DNA of 64,000 nucleotides, from positions 5,115 to 69,114 of the forward strand of contig CANQSK010000002.1 of NCBI GenBank assembly GCA_947626475.1, read 5' to 3'. The translations under genes were made by a program, and so were the position numbers. Position 1 is the first letter of the stretch; each line of letters starts with the position of its first letter. The notes under the pieces are model-generated. The model ran no database searches. It was not told the origin of the DNA and saw nothing but the letters and a program-made list of their open reading frames with translations. The stretch is from an uncultured Lachnospiraceae bacterium. GTDB taxonomy: Bacteria > Bacillota > Clostridia > Lachnospirales > Lachnospiraceae. Shown one piece after another: positions 1 through 11,600 of the stretch.

Positions 1-1
1 T

Positions 2-1144
2 CCTGCCGGCAGGGCTCTGATGATAGAACTTCTTGTAATCATCCGGATAGTTGTCCACACTCTCCGCGGTTTTCTGCCAGTCGAAAAACTCGTCAATCCC
101 GATATTGGTTCCCCGGTACGCCTCCAGCTTGTCGAAGACCTCCTCCAGGTGGTCCTCCGTATAAAAAATAGCCGGCTCATTCATATCGTTCCAGAAGCCT
201 TCAATCCCCTGATCCAGCAAGACGTGGTACCACCCGCCGAACCATTCTCTGGCCTTCGGATTCAGCACATCCGGGAAATGCACTCTGCCGGGCCAGACAC
301 CGCACACGAAATCGCTTCCGTCTTCCCGCTTGCAGAAATAGCCCTTCTCCACGCCCTCCTCATAGACCGGATAGCCCTCTTCCACCTTCACTCCGGCGTC
401 GATGATCGGCACCAGGTGAATGTGTTCTTTCCTCATCTTCCTGACAAACTCCGCAAAATCAGGGAACCGCCGGGAATCCACAGTAAAATCCTTGTACCGC
501 TCCATATAGTCAATGTCCATGCAGACACTGTCCAGAGGCACATGGTCCTCCCTGTGCCTGCGCACTACTTCCTCTATATCCTCCGCGCTTTTATACCCCC
601 ACCGGCTCTGACAGTACCCAAAGGCCCACCGGGGAGGAATATAGCTTCTGCCGATCATGCGGCGAAACTCGCGGACAATCTCCCGCACGGAATCATTTTC
701 CAGTATATACAGTACAAAGCCGTCCTCTTCCACCTTCACAGACAGCCTTCTCCGGTCTGTATATCCAAGATCAAACTCTACCTTCTGGGCCGCGTCCACG
801 AACACTCCGAACCTCCGGTGTCCGTCCACCACAAAAAAATTGTGGGCGCCATAAAGGGAATGGCGGCTTTCCAGATGGCGGGATCCGTCTATGCAGCTTG
901 AAACATACTTCCAGCCTCTTTTATTAATCCCGCGGACATTCTCGCCTAAACCGTAAACCGCGTCCCCGTCTTCCAGCGGACAGGAAAACTCTCTGCCGTC
1001 CTCAGACATGGAAAAATAGGGAATCCCATCTAAACCGCCTGCCGCGCTCTCCTGCTCATGCCGGTCATACGTACCCGTACAGGGAACCGTCTCTGTCACG
1101 GCCTCCGTCTCAAACGGACAGCCAAAACGATATTTTTGAATCAT
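2..1144 (-). CDS. GH31 alpha-glucosidase, 3' end truncated by the window edge (absent from the ORF track)
   Basis: Manual minus-strand translation from ATG at 1144 (SD GAGGTG upstream): MIQKYRFGCPFET...IPPRWAFGYCQSRWGY...MDIDYMERYKDFT...GIEGFWNDMNEPAIF. WNDMNEP is the GH31 nucleophile motif. The frame stays open to position 2. Confidence 0.93.
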   Translation of the reverse strand, partial: MIQKYRFGCPFETEAVTETVPCTGTYDRHEQESAAGGLDGIPYFSMSEDGREFSCPLEDGDAVYGLGENVRGINKRGWKYVSSCIDGSRHLESRHSLYGAHNFFVVDGHRRFGVFVDAAQKVEFDLGYTDRRRLSVKVEEDGFVLYILENDSVREIVREFRRMIGRSYIPPRWAFGYCQSRWGYKSAEDIEEVVRRHREDHVPLDSVCMDIDYMERYKDFTVDSRRFPDFAEFVRKMRKEHIHLVPIIDAGVKVEEGYPVYEEGVEKGYFCKREDGSDFVCGVWPGRVHFPDVLNPKAREWFGGWYHVLLDQGIEGFWNDMNEPAIFYTEDHLEEVFDKLEAYRGTNIGIDEFFDWQKTAESVDNYPDDYKKFYHQSPAGR

Positions 1145-1168
1145 ACCCCACCTCAAAATCTCTTTTGC

Positions 1169-1756
1169 CTATACACAAACTGCCTGTCTCCGGCATTGTC
1201 CCCTCGCCGGCTCTGTCTGACCGTTCTCTCCGAATACCAGCCTCAAAAGCAGCCGGTACTCTTCATAAAACGGATACTCTTCAAATTCTCCAAAAGACTC
1301 GAACACGCTTCTGTAATACCAGGCATGCATATTCTTGTCCTTCTGACGGAACTTGTTCCAAATCCCGTCCCCCATAACCAGGTAATCAGCCGCGGTACTC
1401 CGCAGATTGCTTAATTTATCGCCAAAGGCAATCATGCGTTCCTCTCGTCCCGCGCTTCTCAGCCGTTCCACTGTAGCCTGCTTCCTCTGCTGCCAGGTTC
1501 TGGTCTTATCCTCGCTCTCTGCCTGAACCAAATCCGCCACACGGCCGCCGAAGGTTTCCGCAAGCTCGCGGTAAGTGACCCCGGCGTCCTCGATCACATC
1601 ATGGAGATAAGCCGCCGCGATCACCTCCGGCTCCTCCGTCATAACTGCCACAATCATAGCCACTTCCTTGGGATGTACGATATACGGCATATTGCTTCCC
1701 TTCCGGAGCGCCCCTTCATGGACCCTCGTGGCAAACTCTGCGGCTTTCTGAATCAT
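1169..1756 (-). CDS. Stand-alone HD-domain hydrolase, RelA/SpoT hydrolase (Mesh1/small alarmone hydrolase)-like
   Basis: H..RKG...PYIVHP.EVA, AAYLHDVIED and GDKLSN motifs of the SpoT-type HD domain; 195 aa with no synthetase domain. Confidence 0.8.
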   Translation of the reverse strand: MIQKAAEFATRVHEGALRKGSNMPYIVHPKEVAMIVAVMTEEPEVIAAAYLHDVIEDAGVTYRELAETFGGRVADLVQAESEDKTRTWQQRKQATVERLRSAGREERMIAFGDKLSNLRSTAADYLVMGDGIWNKFRQKDKNMHAWYYRSVFESFGEFEEYPFYEEYRLLLRLVFGENGQTEPARGQCRRQAVCV

Positions 1757-1858
1757 AAGCTGTCCTCTCTTTCCATAGGCAAGTGAGTCTACCGTCTCCC
1801 TTCCTGGGAGAATTACAAGCTTATCATAACATAACTTATAGAAATTTAGAAGATAAAC

Positions 1859-1887
1859 TTGTAAGAAATCTGATTTTCTGATATGCT
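1859..1887 (+). promoter_or_regulatory. Putative sigma-A promoter for the 1929..2612 gene
   Basis: TTGTAA (1859-1864), 17-bp spacer, TATGCT (1882-1887). Confidence 0.45.
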
Positions 1888-1928
1888 ATTGGATACAGTC
1901 AATATGATTGATACCTGGAGGAATTATT

Positions 1929-2612
1929 ATGGAACAACGAACATATCATCGCCGTACGGCTCCAAGAAGGAGAAGCCTTCTCAGCTATGAGTGGGTAAGG
2001 ATTCTTCTTTTTTATATTTTGCCCTTTGTGGTCATCAATTTGCTGATTTTCTTTCTGGTGACCTGCAGGCCGTCCTACGAGATTGACTTAGACGGCACTG
2101 ACGACTACCGGACTACCGACGTCACCTTCACGATCACATCCCACATGCCCCTTAAGACCGTCACCATCCGTCTGGACGACGAGCCGCTGGATCTGGTCAA
2201 GGTCGGAAGAAAGTCCTATCGCTCCACTGTCACTCACAACGGCATTCTGGAAGTTCATATGGAGAATTTCAACGGCGTGGAGGTCACCGGCTATGAGGTC
2301 ATCGATATTCTTGACAATCAGCTTCCCGACGTAGTCAATTATACCATGGACAATGGAATTCTTACCCTTATGTTGAGCGACTCCCAGTCGGGCATTGATT
2401 ACGAAGGTCTCACGGCCGTCAAAAGCGACGGGCAGGTGATAGCGCCCATATCCATTGATAAGAATACGGGCACCGTCACTTTTGAGATGGACCCGGCAGG
2501 CCTTATTGTCAATGTGCGCGATATGTCCGGCAATGAGTACCAGCCTTCCTTCTCCGTCAACTACGTCGAAGAAGGCGCGGAGCAGTCCGATACCCAGCTG
2601 ATCATTCAGTAG
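1929..2612 (+). CDS. Membrane-anchored hypothetical protein (one N-terminal TM helix, acidic beta-rich ectodomain)
   Basis: GGAGG SD before ATG 1929, preferred to ORF-track start 1908. Basic N-terminus, then hydrophobic ILLFYILPFVVINLLIFFLV, then alternating beta-strand pattern. Confidence 0.75.
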   Translation: MEQRTYHRRTAPRRRSLLSYEWVRILLFYILPFVVINLLIFFLVTCRPSYEIDLDGTDDYRTTDVTFTITSHMPLKTVTIRLDDEPLDLVKVGRKSYRSTVTHNGILEVHMENFNGVEVTGYEVIDILDNQLPDVVNYTMDNGILTLMLSDSQSGIDYEGLTAVKSDGQVIAPISIDKNTGTVTFEMDPAGLIVNVRDMSGNEYQPSFSVNYVEEGAEQSDTQLIIQ

Positions 2613-5600
2613 GTCTGTTTCTGCCGGTACCTGAAAGCAGACGCCGGAGCAGCAGGCAAAGAATCGGCAGCAAAAGCAGGCCCAGGCCCAGAACAGTTTT
2701 TGTTCTGCGGCTTAGATTCCGTATCCAGTTCCACAGGCCGCCCGGCTGTTTGGGCGGTCTTTTCTTTTGTTGCCGTCCGGCGTTAGAGTCTGTCCGCACT
2801 TTGACCAGAGACCCATCCGCATTCTGTCCTTCCTCCGCTTCATTCTCAGTCAGACGGTAAACCGCCTGATACGCCATATCCGGCGGTCCGGTCTCTTCCT
2901 CACGGCTCTCATAAACCACCTTCACATCCGCCACATATTTCTCCCCTGAGACGACAGCCTGCCGGAAAAGGATCCCTTCCTCATCCCGCCAGGGTTCCCC
3001 TGACCAGGAGGAGTTTTTTATCCGGTAATAGTCCGGATTTACTCCGATCAGCTCCAGAAGCTCTTCCTCATATCCTTCCATAGGCTGTTCCTCTTTCACG
3101 ATCGCCACCCGATCACCCAGGTAAAAGCTTCCGGCGTCATATTCCTGGACCGTAACGGGAAACTGAAATCCCGGGATCCACTGCCAGTTGTCATAGCTTA
3201 TATCCGCAGCCTCAAAAATCCGCTCTCTGCCTCCATCCGAGACCGTGATGGTTTCCGGAACCTTCGCCGCCTGCTCCACCTGACTGTACTGAATCGTTTT
3301 TTTCCGGACTTCCGGCTGCCTGAGGTTCTCCTCCGCAATCAGCTGACAGGATACCATCTGATATTCCCGCCCCTGCCAGATATAATGGTCCGGGGGAATA
3401 TCCGCTTCCTCCGGGCTGCCGGAAATCGGATCATAAGTAACCGTAATTTCCTTATCCCCCGTCTCCGAAACTGTCTCCGCTCTGACCGTAAGCGCCGGCA
3501 GGGCAAGCAGACATACCAGGATAAAGATCCATCCCGATTTCTTACCGGACCGCTTCAGAAGCACCATCCCCGCTCCCGCAAGAATCATGATTCCAAGGAA
3601 AATACCCGGCCCGGGCGTCTGATCTCCGGTATGGGGAATCCGCGGCCTGCCGCTGCCCGGCACATCTCCTTTTCCTGTGGCCTGAGGCTGATAACTGGCC
3701 CAGGCTCTTCCCGGCCGTCTCGGTGTGCCGGGCGCCTCAGGTTTTTTGGGTTCTTTGGGCTCTTTGGGGCTCCCCGGGCCGGGTCTCCTGCCCGGACGTC
3801 CCGGCACCTGAGGCTTATGTTCCTCCGGCAGTCTCTCGTCCTCCATAACCACCTGCTGAATACTTCCGTCCTCCTCCACTGTGAAAGTGATATCACCGGC
3901 CGTGCCGTAACCTTCCGGCGGCAGCAACTCCCGCAGCACATACCGGCGGCCCGGCAGCAGCTCCGCCTCAATCTCATGGGGAGTCTCACCGGAAATCCAT
4001 TCTTCTATCATGCGCCCCCATTCGTCCAGAATCTGCATCTTTGCCCCGGGAATCTCTTTCTCTCCCGTTATTTCTGTCTTGCTGACCCGCACAGTCCGTG
4101 TCCGGTCGTACGCGCTTATGGCCTTAAGAAGACCCTGACCGTCCAGCAGAAACGCAAACCGCCGTTCCTCTTTTCTGCCGCCGTCACTGTAAATGGTTGT
4201 CTCTTCCAGAACATAGGGGCGATTTCTCAAAAGAATTTCCTTCTCAGAATCCCTGGCACCCACAGTCAGTTCCGGAAGATTCTCCGACGGATACCAGGAA
4301 GCCGCGACAGCGCCGCCCGGATCCTTCAGCTGAAGAAGTACCTGTTCCGGCATACGGTCCTCTGCCTGATACCTGCCGTTTTCCAGCCGGACCCGCCTGG
4401 TAACGCGGCCCGTTATCTGCCGGCTTCCGTCGCTGTAAACCGTTCTCTCTGTGAAGGTATAAATTTCATTGTCCCGGATTCCGTCTGCTTCCGTCAGCAG
4501 ACGGCCCTGCCCGGAGGAGACCCATTCCGCTGCCATACGGCCGTTTTCGTCGGTTACCTCCATCAGGCACTTAACTGCATAACGGCCCTTCAGCGCAAAC
4601 CATCCGGGATGATGTACCGTGACGGCTGTCATGCGGCTGCTGAAGGAACTGATTCTCCGGCCGTCCTCCGACAGAGTAAACGCAACAGGCTCCATCAGCA
4701 GATATCCGGCCGGGGTCTGAAGCTCCGTCAAAAGATACGTCCGGCCTGCCGTCAGACCTTCCAGCACATGATCCGGCTCCTCTCCGGAAGAGACCCACTG
4801 CGCGATCGGATTCTCCCTGTCATAGAGATACCGTCCCATTTCATCCATGCCGGACACCGGATACACGGCAAGAGACGCCCCTTCTACAAAGGCTTCCTTC
4901 GGAAAGGCCTGTTTTCGGAGGACAATTCTGGTTTTTTCATCTGCGATCCTGGTTCGGTATACGGCGGATTCATCCCAGCGGTAGGACTGTCCCTGTTTAT
5001 TTGGTTCAAACTCAAAAGACCGAATTTCCGGGTTCACCTCATAACCGTCCGGTGGCGTCAGTTCCCGCAGGCGGTAGCTGTAGGGAATCACGCTTCCGTC
5101 GGCCTGTATCTCTCCTGCCGGGAGACCGGTCAGCTCCGCCGTTCCGTTCAGATCGCTGAAGGTTTTCGTCAGCACAGGATTTACAAAATCAGGCGGCAGG
5201 TACGCAGTGATCTCAAATACCGCTCCCGTCAGGGGCCGACCGCCGGTGTCCGTCTTCCGCACCTCCACCCGGCCCTCCGCTGGTCTGTCCGAAATCCTCA
5301 CAATACGAACCTCATCCCCCAGGCGGTACCGGATCAACCTGGGCGGAAACGTAGTATAATAATCAGGACTCTTCTGCTCCACCAGCCAGTAATCTCCTTC
5401 CGGCAGTCTCCGAAGGGCATGGGGTTTCAAGTCTCCTACCTGATATCCTTCGGGAATGCTGCCGCGGATCCTGTCCAGCTCCGTGTAGACCCCGTCTCCG
5501 CCGCTGATCCACCAGGCCGCCAGATGCGCTTTATCCTGAATCAGCTCTCCATTATCCCCGGCGCGGTAAAGAGCCAGCTCGGAGCCGGACAACTCCTTTT

Positions 5601-8600
5601 CGCTCCCATTCTTATCCGCCGCAAAGGTTTTGGAGATCAAAAGCGAATGTTCTTCATTGAGAACCCGGTACCGCCAGATATCCGCCGTATCTCCCACCTG
5701 CAAAAGAACCGGCTCCGCCTTCCCGAATCCGGCGGCGGCCCTGGTTTCCACCAGCATATAGGTTCCTCCCGCCGGAAGATAATCAAACCGGCGCATACCG
5801 TCCAGTGTCAGATAGGAGCAGGCCCTCTCATTGACCCTGGGAAGCTTCCGATAATCAAACTGATATTCATAGACAAAATCTCGCCCCTGCCGGTTATCCT
5901 TTTGCCCATAGACGGTAACACGGATGTCTACTCCTTCATCCGTCCGGAACAGAAGCTGCGCCGTCGTGGGAAACCTGGAAGCCTCTCCTCCGGCCGCCGT
6001 ACTGTCAATCGCGGTTTTGGACACCGCTCTGGCCCTGTAGATTTTCCCCTTATAAGCCCAGGACAAAAAGCTTCCCCCTGTTCCGTAAGTCCGGTACATT
6101 TCCTCAAAGGAGTCAATAAAACCGGCATACTCCTTCCCGTCGCTGGAAACAAACCGGTCTATCTTTTGTGTCTTGTCATACTCCGGCCGGCCCTCTGCGG
6201 TTATCCGGGCGGGATAGAGGGTAAATTCCGCCCCATTCAGCGGTATCTCGCTTCCGTCCTCCTGCACAGTATATTTTTCCACCTCCACTTTCGTATGGTC
6301 ATTATACAGCGTATACTCCTGAACCTGTCCGGCAGGCTTCACCTCCAGTTCCAGCGGCTTGGCCGGCACAAAGCCCTCCGGCCTTCTCTCCTCCTCCATA
6401 ATGTATTCACCCGCCGGTATCCCTTCCAGATAAAGCGGCGTCCGGCCGGTCGTCCACCGGTTCAGCGGCTCCGCGTTTTTCTTCTGCAGGTAAGTACCGG
6501 ACGGATGATTCTTCAGATCAGAGGTATAGATCCTCTTGGCCTCATAAAGAGCCAGTACAGCTCCCGGCAGCTGGGTGTAAGAAAAGGCGCCTTTGCCTTC
6601 CGTAACCATTCCGATCTTTTTTGGATAGCTCCGTTTGTCCTGCTGTCCTCGTCTGTCCGACCGTTCCCGCTTGTCCGGCTGTCCGGCCAAACGCACAGAG
6701 TATACCGGCCACCCGCTCCCGTCTGTCTTGTTCACTTCAATTTTCGTAGCGGCGTCTGTCATTGCCACTCTCTGCAGGCGGGAATCTTCTTCCACGATCA
6801 CTCCTGCGGGCAGCCCTTTTTGATAGCCCGGAGGAGCCTTAAGCTCTTCCATAATATATTCCCCCACAGGCACCCGCCTCAGAATATCCGGCTGGCCACC
6901 GGTCATGCTGTCAGAAAACGGGTCATTGGGAGAGACCTCTCCGGTCACCCACACATTCTCCAGAATATAGCTCTCCCCCATGCGGTGACGGACCGGTTTC
7001 CGAGAATCCATCTTATGAGAATCCAGCTTATAGGAATCACTGACATACGCCTCCAGACTGTCTGCCTCCTTCTTACGAATCCAGGCGCCGCTCCGGTCAT
7101 AGAGCTGTGTCTCTTTTTCGTATCTTTCCGGGCTTCTCCGGTAATACACCGGCAGTCCCCATTCATCATAAACCGGTTTTATCTCCTTTGCAAAACGTCC
7201 GCTGGTACCGGCCAGTACCGGATGTCCATGGAGATTCTGTCCCATCCGGTTCCCCTTCATCGTAAAAAGCTTATGGCTTTCCTCCCCGGCCTCAGATTTC
7301 CAGGTGCCGGTCAGGTACTCGCTGCCGCCTTCACTCTCCCCCGCGGTGGCGATCCTGCAGGTAATTTTCTTATCTCTGGCGATAATCCGCCCTTCCTCGT
7401 CCCGGTACGTCTTTACAGGCCACACCAAAACCTTCGTCCCGCTGTCCTTTTCTTCCGTCAGGGCATAGGCCATGCCTGTATAAGGATCCACCAGGCTGTC
7501 CCTGACTCCTTCCTCATCCAGGTGATACAGCCGCACACCGCGGCTCATAACTACCCGGCCGTCCGCCCTGCGTTCAGGTCTGGCGAATGGGCCTTCCAAA
7601 ACCCTGTCCTTCGGCAGATACACAATCTCCGTAAAATCATTTCCTTCCAGTTCCAGCACAGGCCGGCTTCCGCGAAAGGCAAAAATCGAATGGGTCTTAT
7701 CCCTCTCCAGCTGATGGATAGACATCCTCTCATGGTTCCGCCCGAAACCGTAGGTCACTTTTTCACCATCTATGGACTCTGTCCGAAACAGCTGAAGCTT
7801 CCCAAGATCATAGTACAGAATATCTGTGTCTCCTCTCTGAACCGTCTCTCCGCTCCAGCAGTTCTCCCCGTTTTTTAAAACCTGGACAAACTCGGTCCGG
7901 GAACCGGCATAGCCCTCCCGCACGTACATGCGGCTGACGCCGCCGTTGGCAAGGCGTTCCACTACAACTCCTTCATACGCCTCATCCTGGGTATCCCCGG
8001 ACGGCGTCACCAAAAGTCCCTCAAACAGCGCCATCACTCCTCCGGCCACATAGGGACCATCGCCGGCGTCTGTCTCCAGTTCCCTGGTTACATATCCGTA
8101 ACCGGCAAACAGATTTCCGTCGTATACAATTTCCACCTGCTCTCCGGCCTTTTTCCTGCCCAGAAGATATTCCAGCGTCCCTTTTTTCCATCCGTATCCC
8201 ATATATCTGCCGTTCCGGTACGCATACTCCATGCCGGGATCTCCGCCGATCCGCGCAAGGCTGCCGTCGATCCTTTCGCCCACCCGGTAGGTGATCGCCG
8301 CCGGCCGGTCTCCTTCCCCGGGCACGGACGCTTCCTTTCTTTTCTCTATCTGAAGCCGGGTCGGTTCATTTTCCACATAGATTCTGGCCGCGGACAACGC
8401 CTCATCCTGCCCTTTCTTTTTATAAACGGCAGCCGTCACCCGGCTGTCTCTGTCACCTTTCCGATAGTAAGTCACTTCATCGCTGTATACCTCCACGGCT
8501 ACGGGACGGCATCTGACATAACCGGATGGGGCTTTTACCTCCGCCAGCACATAGACTCCGGCCGAAAGAGGCTGCGGTGTATAAAGATACCCTGTATTCT

Positions 8601-11600
8601 GCCGTCCTGCCTCCGGCGGCAGACCCTCGGAGTCCCCTTCCATGATCCCGTCTCTGGCCGTAGTAAAGGAGGCAGTCATACCGGTCTGAACTCCATAGAC
8701 ATCCGTCTGAACTACCCGGTCTTTCTCCCGGCACACGGGCGTACCGGCCGGTACCACTCCGGCATACCGCCTGTCCGCCGCCGGTCCTCCGCGGGATACG
8801 GGATGAATATCCTCCGCCCTCATGCTTTCCAGAAATTCCCGGCTTCCGGATATGACTGTATCTTCCTCGTAAAAGACTGCCCTGCCGGTACCTCCGGGCG
8901 ACGAATCGCAGTCCGTCCGGTATATGTTAAATATTGCCTCGTCATGGAGCAGATTCTCTCCGGTCTCAGAATCCATTTTCTCAATCCGGATCCTGGTTTT
9001 ATAAAGCCGGTTCCGGAAACGGACCCGGGCCGCCTCCGTGCCGGGTTCCCCCTCCATGCTCCTGTAAACCAGGGCCGGACTGTAATGCCCGTCCCAGGCG
9101 GCGGTCATTCCTCTTACGCCGGTCCTGCCCTCCACTGTGCAGGCCTCCTCCGACACCGAGCTGTACCTGTAAAACTGTCCGACACGCTCATGGTTCTTTC
9201 GCCCGCCGGCCAGATAGTAGGTCACCGGCTCCGTCCGCCGGTCATCCGAATCATTATAATAGTTCAGTTCCGGCTTCCAGCGGCTCTGAGTCAGGGCGAA
9301 CCTGTCCTCCGGGCCTGCCGGCCCGGCTCCGTTCCTAAGCCTGTGGATACCGGCGCCATATTTATAAATCTCAAAATCGCCGCTGTGATTGTGGGCCGGA
9401 ATCCTGTCTTCCTCCGCGCAGAAACGGATCTGGTACTGTTCTGTCATTTCTTCCGGCGTCATATCAGCCCGGTAAATATACCGGCTGCTCAGAGTCTCCC
9501 CGCCGTCCTCAGAGGTTTCATATACGGAAGGAATCACGATTTCCCTGGGGCGGTCGATTCTGTAATGCCGGTTGGGATAATCCTGCAGCTTCGCGTACCT
9601 GGGCTGCTGCTCCGCCGCCACATAGGTTCCGTAAGGAAGGCTGCGGGATATTTCGTAATAACAGGTTTCTGCCTCCCGATCTGCGCTCAGCGTTGTCCCG
9701 TCCTCGTCCTTTCCTCCTCCTTCCTCCGAATCCCAGCTTACGGCATAAATCTCGTCCAGATCATAGGCAAAAAACGGCTTCAGATAATTGCCGGCTTTCT
9801 GAAGCGCCTGATACAGGGCTTTGTCGTACAGCTGGTCTCCGTAGGCCGCGGCTTCCCCATCAGAAGAACCGTCCTGCAAAGCCGCAAGCTTTGCGGCTTC
9901 CTCTTCCAGATACCAGTCAATGGCAAACTGCCTTACCATGTCGGACGCCCTGGCGTTTTCCTCTGCCTCTGGACTCCGGTTCGCCTCATTGCCCAGGGGC
10001 CGGTGGGACGAATAACCGGGCGCCGCGTCGTCCCACCGATCCCGGTTGGCAACCTCAATGGCCTGAAAGAATTTTTCATAATTATGGTTTTCCAGCACCG
10101 CCGTGTAGTCCAGCGGGGCCTCTTCCTGATTCTCATCGTACAGGGCGGCATTGGCCTCTATGGCTTTCCCTCTGTCCTTACTGAGAATCTCTTCGCTTCT
10201 GGGGACTTTGGTAAAAATACGCGGGACCAGCCCCGGATACGCCCGGTTGGCGGAAAGCACGTCGATCTCTCTTCCCCGTCTGTCCAGCCACACTATCGTC
10301 CCTTCCCTGTCCCGATACAGCCGCTCCAGATTGCTCTTCAGATACACCTTAAACCGGAAATTATTCTGCTTTCCCAGCCCGTGATCCTGTGTATCCTTTA
10401 TCACCTTCACCGGCTGCCGGATGATGCGCTCCTCAACCATAAAGGGCGTCTCCCTGGTCCCTTTTCCCGGCGTTCCCGCCCCATCCTGCCCAGGCAGGAT
10501 CTGCCCCGGATAGGTCAATTCAACAACTCCCACCGTCTCCCTGCCGGCCGAAGCAAAAGCGCTGGCCCCAACGCCTTTTATCTGCGTCAGATAATCGCTG
10601 TAGAACATGGACTCGCCGTCTTTCACAAAGACTTCATAAGGCGCCTCGGCGCGGAACGTCTCTGTCACAGGCCCGGCCGTCCGGCTCCAGTCAATTCGGT
10701 TGTCCGCGTGAATCCGGTAAGACTGATCCTCGGGATCATACTCGGCAGGCAGCGGTTCCAGCTCATAGTCGCTGGTGATCTCTTCCTTCTCCTCATAAAT
10801 ATATTCCTTCCGGTACACGGGAATCGGATTGCCCTGACCGTCCAGCCGGTTCTCCCCTTCCGCATACTGCTCGTAGAGTATTTCATAAACAGGACGAAGG
10901 GCTTTCTCCAGAGGCTGCGGAAAGGCTACCGGCCCCTCGGCCCGCCTGGTCTCTGCAACTGTAATATAATTACCCTGTATCGTATACTCCGATGGCCGGT
11001 ACGCCGCAAACATATGCCGCCGCTCGTCTTCCTCTGTCTGAACCGGCAGCCTTACGTACAGAATACCGGAACGCTCCTCATAGACGGCTGTGTCCGGCCG
11101 CCTGGTCTGATCATGAAACAGCACGGCGCTGAAACCGCCGTCCTCCAAAACGACGCTGTGAACCGCGCCGCTGTCCCAGAAGGAATGAACATCAAACCAG
11201 TCCAGGATTTCCAGAATCAGCTCCCGGTTCGTACTTCCCTGCAGTTTTATCACAGTCCAGGGCGCTTCATCTCCCGTATCGCTGTCCAGCATATGATAAC
11301 CCATCTGTTCCAGCATGGCGTTGGCTTCCTGCTTCACATACTCCTCATCCGGGGATTCCTCGTCCTCCCATTCCTTTGAAGCGTTTGCCGGACTCGCGAT
11401 TCTGCCGGGATAATAATTCAGCCTCCTGATCAGCGGATAAGTCCCCGGCACCGGCTTTGACGTGTCGTAAAGCAGATTTCCCTCCGAATCTCTCCTGGGA
11501 ATATAGCTTCCGGTTTCATCCAGGCGGTATTCTCCCGGCAGAGCCTTCTCATATTCCCCGGTTTCCGCCAGACGAGTTCCTGTTACAACTCCGCCGGCCA

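Noticed and set aside
20-901. 293-aa plus-strand ORF at the window start
   Set aside because: Antisense shadow of the GH31 gene, which carries the WNDMNEP motif on the minus strand.
3735-3780. Short repeats in the adhesin stalk (KEP units) and in the Gly/Ser linker near 14460-14530 as CRISPR-like arrays
   Set aside because: They are codon-level low-complexity repeats inside CDSs, with no spacers and no cas genes.
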